This document shows positions 56,450 through 64,000 of a stretch of DNA of 64,000 nucleotides, piece by piece. The stretch's first letter is position 1. Every line of letters starts with the position of its first letter. Source of the DNA: Eledone cirrhosa (taxonomy: Eukaryota); the NCBI GenBank assembly GCA_964016885.1, contig OZ024762.1, positions 16,988,001-17,052,000 of the forward strand, read 5' to 3'. A program made the translations under genes and the position numbers. The notes under the pieces are model-generated. The model saw only the letters and a program-made list of their open reading frames with translations, made no database searches and was not told the DNA's origin.

Positions 56450-57196
56450 ACATATTATATACATACATACTATACACACATTATACATAGCATATACATA
56501 CATATAGATATACACACACACATATATATATACACACACACTACACATATTATATAGATACATACTATACATATATACATACATACACATATATATAGAT
56601 ATACACACACACACACATATATATATATACACACACACACACACACTATACATATTATATACATACATACTATACACACATTATACATACATATAGATAT
56701 ACACACACACACACACTATATACATACATACTATACACACATTATACATAGCATATACATACATATAGATATACACACACACACACACACATATATCTAT
56801 ATATGTAGCATATATATACATATACACACACTTACATAGCGTACTCATATAGCCATTATTTACGTGATGCTGTCTACCAAGCTATATGATATGTTGTGAT
56901 CTATGAAGTTTTATTGTAGCAGTATATTACATATATTACAACTAAATGTTCTCATTTTTTAGTTTACTGTTTCCCAGTCAACCATAAAGTTGAAGTGAAA
57001 CCAGTTTTGTCTGTCATACAAAATGGAGCAAGATGGAAGGATCTGTGATTTGTATGAAAGTGAGGACTAAACTGACAACAGAGGGAGTTTTTGTTCACTC
57101 ATTGCTAGGTTGATCTCAGTTAATTGAACTTTTTTAACTCATCACATTAGATTTGTGAACGCCCTTCCCTGCATGAAATGGTTATCAACCAGCTAG

Positions 57197-57229
<33 letters not shown>

Positions 57230-57574
57230 GGGGGGGCAGTAATGCCCTTCACTCAGATTATTGACTTGACAGCCCTCTGCAGTGCTGTCCCCCCCCCCCC
57301 CACACACACATAAGAAGACTTCAAGAACATCATCTTTGTCTGTTCCCTTGTCGTTTTAATTTGGATTGCTTCGGAAACGTAACCTTATTATGTAAGAAGC
57401 TGTCTGATGAGATCACGGCACTGGGTACACGGAATCGCGTGGTCACTGTCGTCATTGACATATGTATCACAAAGGTTTTATGAAGACAGGCGAACTCAAC
57501 AGATGAAAATTTTAATAAGAGCACTCTCCTTTCCTTTACTATTTCTACGGAAATACTTCATATATATATATATA

Positions 57575-57918
57575 TCATCATCATCATCATTTTACGTCCA
57601 CTTTTCCCTGCTTGCAAGGGTGGGACGGGAACTGATTCTGGCTTGATTTCTACAGCTGGATGCCCTTCCTAACACCAACCTCATTTATAGTGAGTGCTGG
57701 GTGCTTTTTTTGTTTGCCGTGGCACCTCCACGACCACTTTGCAGTGGAATGATAGGGACCCCAGTCCCTATCATCTCATTTCTACAGCTGAGTAAACTGG
57801 AGCAATGTGAAATAAAGTGTCTTGCTCAAGGAAACAACACATCACCCGGTCTGAGAATTGAACACACAACCTTTCGATTGCAAGGCCAATGCTCTAACCA
57901 CTAAGCCATGTGCCTCCA

Positions 57919-57920
<2 letters not shown>
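57575..57920 (-). mobile_element. Composite SINE: tRNA head + CORE-like + GGAAGGGCATCCAGC domain + RTE 3' tail
   Basis: Near-identical copies at 40240-40545, 53590-53913 (+) and 62562-62905. Confidence 0.88.
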
Positions 57921-57953
<33 letters not shown>

Positions 57954-58150
57954 CTATAGCTCTACTATACATAGAGCACACTTCTTTCCTTTACCTTTTC
58001 CATGGAAATACTTAACACGCACATATATATATATATATAGTGTGTGTATTTATATATATACTGCTTGCTGAGTCTGTGCAAAATCTGTAAAAGAATAAAA
58101 TAATTAATAAAAGAACAACAGACAAGGAATAAAGAGAATAGCAAGTTATT

Positions 58151-58347
58151 TTATTTGCTATGAAAACCACTGCTATCGCACTTATATGTATAGAATCTCA
58201 TTATGTAATTTTGAATGTCTTTATATATGGACCTGTAACTCCCGCTGGAGTTGTAGAGGTACTGTATGACATATGGCAGCATGTCTTGGGTATGTTTTAA
58301 AACCTGGTAGACTCCATCTCCTCTCCAAGTCTCAACGCAGCTGATTT
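58151..58347 (-). CDS. Candidate terminal coding exon of an unidentified gene
   Basis: Pyrimidine tract + CTGTCAG acceptor; the phase-1 frame is open for 65 codons (EISCVETWRGDGVYQVLKHTQDMLPYVIQYLYNSSGSYRSIYKDIQNYIMRFYTYKCDSSGFHSK*); AATAAA overlaps the stop, followed by a U-rich tract. Confidence 0.55.
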
Positions 58348-58554
58348 CTGACAGAGACTGAGAGAACTAGAGAGACAGATATATATATAGAGAGGAAGAA
58401 TCAACCCCCCAGTACATGACTGGTACTTTTTTTATCGACCTCAAAAGGATGAAAGGCAAAGTTGAATGAGACTATGCCAATTTTCTGCCTAAACGTAATT
58501 CTAAATATTTGAATGTGTGTAAGTAAGTGTACATATATACATACATATATAAAT

Positions 58555-58875
58555 AAGCAAAGAGTTATTTAATTTGTTGGTTATTCAACAAATTTAATTA
58601 TAACAGATTCGAAGCACTCTACAAGTTTCTTCTGTTGTATAATATCAATGATATTAATAAATGGAAACTATCTTTATAAAACCATATTAATTTTATTATA
58701 TATATTTCAAGGGTACCAAAACTTTGGTACGCACTCATCAAATAAAATACAAAAGTTGTTTTAAAAAAAACTTTTGTATTTTATCTGATGACCAAAATTT
58801 TGGTACCCTTGAAATATATATAATAAAATAAATATGGTTTTATAAAGATAGTTTCCATTTATTAATATCATTGAT

Positions 58876-58876
<1 letters not shown>
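58555..58876 (-). mobile_element. Fold-back hammerhead element, same family as 8132-8560
   Basis: Arms ~58643-58757 / 58769-58876; CTGATGA 58785-58791, GAAA 58811-58814, stem I TATTTTAT/ATAAAATA. Confidence 0.75.
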
Positions 58877-58912
<36 letters not shown>

Positions 58913-58915
<3 letters not shown>

Positions 58916-59232
58916 GTAAAGACTCCCTTTGGTCACAAATGACCATGGGATATACACCTGGAAAGTTTCCCTCCGAGGCACAAGTCTGGGCAAGGTTGTT
59001 TGTGGAAGACCAACAGTCACCCATACATACCAGTCTCCTCTCTCCATGCCACCGATGTTGTCCAAGGGAAAGGCAATGGCTGATACAGCTTGGCACCAGT
59101 GACGCTGCAACTCATTTCTACAGCTGAGTAAACTGGAACAACATGAAAATAAAGTGTCTTGCTCAAGAACACAACGCAAAGCCCGGTCTGAGAATCAAAC
59201 TCACAACCTCACGATTGTAAGCCCAATGCTCT
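58913..59232 (-). mobile_element. CORE-like SINE with RTE-type TTTACC tail
   Basis: Reverse of CTTGAGCAAGACACTT core; ends GAGTCTTTACCCTT. Confidence 0.75.
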
Positions 59233-60109
59233 ATAATATATATATATTTAATTAGAAAGTGAACAACACAATATATAAGTACTCCATTACCAAAGGTTTC
59301 TGGATCTCAGACAATAATAATATACGTCTGGATCGGTCGATTGTCTGACCTTTGGTAATGGATTAGTTATATTTTGTGTTGTTCACTTTCTAATTAAACA
59401 GCTCTGTTCTATACATAGAGCAGTCTTTTTTTCCTTTGCTTTTCCTTCGGAAATACTTAACATATATATATATATATATATATAATATGTGTGTGTGTTT
59501 TTAAAAGGTAATTTACATTAGTAGGAAATACAAAGTTTATAATAACACATGACGACAACAATAACAAGATGAAGAAATACAGCAGTATGTGTAAAATATT
59601 CTTTTTGTAGAAAAACCTCTCATCTCAGTCAACCTCAATAAACAAGTCCAAGGCTATAACAGTCCAAGGGAGATAACTACTGAATACAGAGTTTTGTCAA
59701 GTCATAATATAAGGCAAGCAATGGGCCTTCGTCTGTTTAGGCGACGAGTCTTCCAGTTGATTCGATCAACAGAACAGCCTGCTCATGAAATTTACGTGTT
59801 AAGTGGCTGAGTATTCCACACACACACACGTGTACTCCTTAACATAATTCTCGGACAGGGATATTCTGTGTGAGTGTTTGTTTGACAAGTCTGGCTCTTT
59901 CAATCACAGGTACAGTCCATCCATCCGACAGGCTTCCACACAGTTTCAGTCAACCAAATTTCACTCGCAAGGTTAATATATATATATATGATAATAGCTA
60001 TACTAGGTTAATATCTGTATAACCATAGTTATACTAGATTAAATACTGTATAGCAGTAGTTATACTAGGTTAATAATATCTGTATGATGATAATTATACT
60101 TTAGAGATG

Positions 60110-61040
60110 TTTAGGTGATGAGAGGAGGTAAACAAGGGGGATAACTACCATAGCCCTTGCTGATACAAATCTTTTGGAACAATTTAAGACAATATAGTTA
60201 GAACAGACATATTTTAAATACAGTCTTTCTGTCTGAATATTGGCAAGTGGGAGGAAAAAAATACCCAGGTGATCTTCACAAACAAGGGAGAGAACTATAG
60301 ACATGGCTGATCCAAGCCTTTTGGAGCAATTTAAGACATTTCAATGATAGTTGACAGACATATTTTAAACACAAACGCCAGTCTTTCTGTCTGAATATGG
60401 CAAGTAGGAGGGAAAAAATACCCAGGTGATCTTCACAAACAAGGGAGAGAACTATAGACATGGCTGATCCAAGCCTTTTGGAGCAATTTAAGACATTTCA
60501 ATGATAGTGGACAGACATATTTTAAACACAAACGCCAGTCTTTCTGTCTGAATATGGCAAGTAGGAGGGAAAAAATACCCAGGTGATCTTCACAAACAAG
60601 GGAGAGAACTATAGACATGGCTGATCCAAGCCTTTTGGAGCAATTTAAGACATTTCAATGATAGTGGACAGACATATTTTAAACACAAACGCCAGTCTTT
60701 CTGTCTGAATATGGCAAGTAGGAGGGAAAAAATACCCAGGTGATCTTCACAAACAAGGGAGAGAACTATAGACATGGCTGATCCAAGCCTTTTGGAGCAA
60801 TTTAAGACATTTCAATGATAGTGGACAGACATATTTTAAACACAAACGCCAGTCTTTCTGTCTGAATATGGCAAGTAGGAGGGAAAAAATACCCAGGTGA
60901 TCTTCACAAACAAGGGAGAGAACTATAGACATGGCTAATCCAGGCCTTTTGGAACAATGATAGTAGACATATTTGAAACACAGAGTTTTCCTGTTTGAAT
61001 GTGACAAGTAGAGGAGGAGAGGGAAATGTGAATCTTGTAA
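60110..61040. repeat. 157-bp tandem repeat, ~4.5 near-identical copies plus diverged edge units
   Basis: ORF-track starts at 60304, 60461, 60618 and 60775 give the period. Confidence 0.93.
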
Positions 61041-61172
61041 AAAACCCAGCCATAGTTTTGGCTGATTCAAGTTTTTTTTTGGCGGGGGGAACAGAAACAA
61101 TGCAGTTGTGAGTGGCCCCTGTTTATAAAAGCCGGCTTCATTTAAAAGCACAGATGTCCTACACCCACACAC

Positions 61173-61313
61173 CTTCACCAGACAATACACTAGTGTCATC
61201 AGTTTCCACTTTCTTCTCCTCAGTCGGTGTTTTACATCCAACAGCTTCTTTTGATCTGGAGCTGCTGCCTTGACGACCAAACTGATGTTGCTTCTCCAAT
61301 AACTTCAAAACAA
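61173..61313 (-). CDS. Candidate internal coding exon (141 bp, phase 1-1)
   Basis: Acceptor TTTTTTTGTTGTTTTTTGCAG, donor AAG|GTGTGT, open frame VLKLLEKQHQFGRQGSSSRSKEAVGCKTPTEEKKVETDDTSVLSGE; phase matches the 58347 acceptor. Confidence 0.6.
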
Positions 61314-61364
61314 CTGCAAAAAACAACAAAAAAACAATAAATAATAATAATAATAATAGTAATG

Positions 61365-61790
61365 ATTTCTTATATAGGCACAAGGCCAGCAATTATCCCA
61401 GTGTATTACTGGTACTTTATTTTATCAATCCCGTAAGGATGAAAGGCAAAGCTAACCTCGGCGGGATTTTAACTCAGAACATAAAGGGCCGTTACTCTTT
61501 GCTGCAAAGCATGGCGTCTGGTGCTCCACCGATTCTGCCAATATACCAATAATAATAATAATGGTTTCTACTTTAGGCACAAGGCCAGCAATTTTGGGGA
61601 GGGGAAAGTCGATTAAATCGACCTCAGTGCGTTACTGGTACTTTATTTTATCGACCTCGAAAGGATGAAAGACAAAGTTAACCTCAGTAGAATTTGAACT
61701 CAGAATGTAAAGGGTCACAACTCCATGCTGCAAAGCATGTTGTCTGATGCTCTACCGGTTACTGCCAATCCATCGCCCTTATAATAATAA
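61365..61790 (-). mobile_element. Two Meta-like SINE copies
   Basis: Reverse core and tRNA head. Confidence 0.85.
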
Positions 61791-62027
61791 TAACAACAAC
61801 AACAACAGTGTAGTTATTTCTCAATACAATATAAATTACAACACTAAAAACAACACTGCACATACCCAAGGCACACAGAGCCGTGCTCATTAATGTAGTG
61901 TTGACATGCAATGAAAACGAGAGAAAGCAACAGAAAAACAATAGAAATGTTTCAGATAGAAAAAAGACAGAAGCTATTACATAACACACACATATATAAA
62001 ACAACATAAAAGAAAGAAAAGAAGTTG

Positions 62028-62290
62028 ATTGTCAGATTGGACCAAGGAAACAGCGTTTCCTTTGGTATTTCCATTGCTGATACTGTCTGCTAGTCATAAC
62101 ACATAAGAGAAGAAAAGAACTAATTGTCAGATAGGACCAAGGAAACAATGTTTCCATTAGTTTTTCCATTACTGATATTATCTGTTGGTCATAACACCTA
62201 ACAGAAGAAAGGAGCTAATTGTCAGATCTGACCAAGGAAACAATGTTTCCATTAGTCTTTCCATTACTGATATTATCTGTCAGTCACAAC
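62028..62290. repeat. Three ~95-bp tandem copies of a SINE-tail segment
   Basis: GTCAGATAGGACCAAGGAAACAATGTTTCCATTAG resembles 5092-5160. Confidence 0.7.
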
Positions 62291-63221
62291 TTCTGGTGTT
62301 TGAGGACTGTGCTCCTATGATTCTCTCAGGAATAAGAGGGCAAGAAACCTATGAGATACCTCATATAAAGCCAGCTAAACCTACAGAGGTGTGAGCTGTA
62401 ACATGATAAGACTGAGGGCCCTATCATTAAAACATACAAGAAACCTTCTGTGAGATACAACCTTGTAGAAGGTCAGCTAAACCCACATAGGCAAGAGCTG
62501 TAACATAAGCCTGAAATTGTACCTGATTCTATGATACAAAATTCTTTGTTTCAAAGGGTTCATCATCATTCATCATTTCATTTTACGTCCGCTTTTTCCC
62601 TGCTTGCAAGGGTGGGACGGGAACTAATGCTGGCTTGATTTCTACAGCTGGATGCCCTTCCTAACACCAACCTCACTTACAGTGAGTGCTGGGTGCTTTT
62701 TTGCCGTGGCACCTCCACGATCACTTTGCAGTGGAATGATAGGGACCCCAGTCCCTATCATCTCATTTCTACAGCTGAGTAAACTGGAGCAATGTGAAAT
62801 AAAGTGTCTTGCTCAAGGAAACAACACATCACCCGGTCTGAGAATTGAACTCACAACCTTTCGATTGCAAGGCCAATCCTCTAACCACTAATCCATGTGC
62901 CTCCATATTTATCAAAAAAAACTTCCATCACAATTTTATATAAGTTATGTTCTTAACAGCAGCTTAATAAAGTGGAAGTTAATTATATTACTAAATCCCT
63001 ACAAGTTCTTATTTTAAAATTTTATGGTAATGAAATGGTTAATAAACCTGGGCAAAGCTGGGTATGATTGCTAGTTGCTAATAAAAGGAATGATAGAAAG
63101 AAATGGTGATGATAGATCAGAACAGTAAAATAGCCACACTGATGGATAAAATAACAACAGCAACAGCAACAACAACAACTAGAAGCAAGCTGCATATAAA
63201 AACACAAAAGACACACACACT

Positions 63222-63303
<82 letters not shown>

Positions 63304-63625
63304 GTATGTATATATATATATATATTTAGTGAGAGATAGAGAGGAGATAACCAACACACATACACACACCTGCGCCAGCTACATGGAGGAACTGACATTA
63401 CGGTAAAGAGGCTAAGTAGGTGGTGAGAATGTTGGCTCGATAGTGCTCAACCTACCTACGTCCCAGGGTGGCACCTGTCGTAGAAAATGGCGGTAACACA
63501 TTAGAATGTCTTTCTTCATTACAACGGAAATTAATTAAGACAAAATTTCAGGTGCGGAAAAAAAAAAAAAAAAAGTGGGGGGTAGGGGGGCAATTCAAAA
63601 TTCAGTTGAAATATTTAATCTGTGT

Positions 63626-64000
63626 TGATGATGATGATGATGATGATCGTGATGATGGTGGTAGTGATGATGATGGTGGTGATGATGGTAGTGATGATGG
63701 TGGTAGTGATGATGGTGGTGGTGATGATGGTGGTGATGATGATGGTAGTGATGATGGTGGTAGTGATGGTAGTGATGATGATGGTGGTGGTAGTAGTGGT
63801 GGTGGTGGTGATGATGGTGGTGATGGTGGTGGTGATGATGGTGGTAGTGATGATGGTGGTGATGATGGTGGTGGTGATGATGGTGGTGATGATGGTGGTG
63901 ATGATGATGGTATTGATGATGGTGGTAGTGATGATGATGATAGTGATGATGGCAGTGATGATGATGGTAGTGATGATGGTGATGATAGTGGTGGTGGTAG
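63626..64000. repeat. (GAT/GGT)n trinucleotide tract
   Basis: Direct reading. Confidence 0.95.

Noticed and set aside
57404-57450. Hammerhead CTGATGA-GATCACG...CGTGGTC
   Set aside because: GAAA box absent; not called as a ribozyme.
60101-61000. Repeated 61-aa ORFs
   Set aside because: The period of 157 bp is not a multiple of 3; these are satellite by-products.

Overview
Repeat-dominated, AT-rich animal (eukaryotic) genomic DNA. The (TA)n/(CA)n density and the SINE/LINE repertoire resemble an octopus/coleoid cephalopod (inference). Nearly all long ORFs in the track are artefacts of simple repeats. Real content: (1) decayed retroelements: a Penelope-like RT fragment, RTE and CR1-type LINE pieces, and two or three tRNA-derived SINE families; (2) DNA transposons: a 2.2-kb hAT/Buster element with an 8-bp TSD, and mariner-, piggyBac- and hAT-type MITEs; (3) many minisatellites, several amplified from internal pieces of those elements, with identical breakpoints at separate loci; (4) two phase-compatible candidate exons forming the 3' end of an unidentified minus-strand gene at 58.1-61.3 kb, and a CpG-richer promoter-like island at 44.7-45.2 kb. 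The most notable signal is a set of short non-coding elements next to (TA)n tracts that carry type I hammerhead ribozyme motifs and/or long fold-back arms (1.8, 2.1, 8.1-8.5, 33.7, 38.9, 43.3, 43.6, 58.6, 59.3 kb), most simply read as non-autonomous Penelope pLTR/retrozyme-like units. All calls were made by eye, with no database search.
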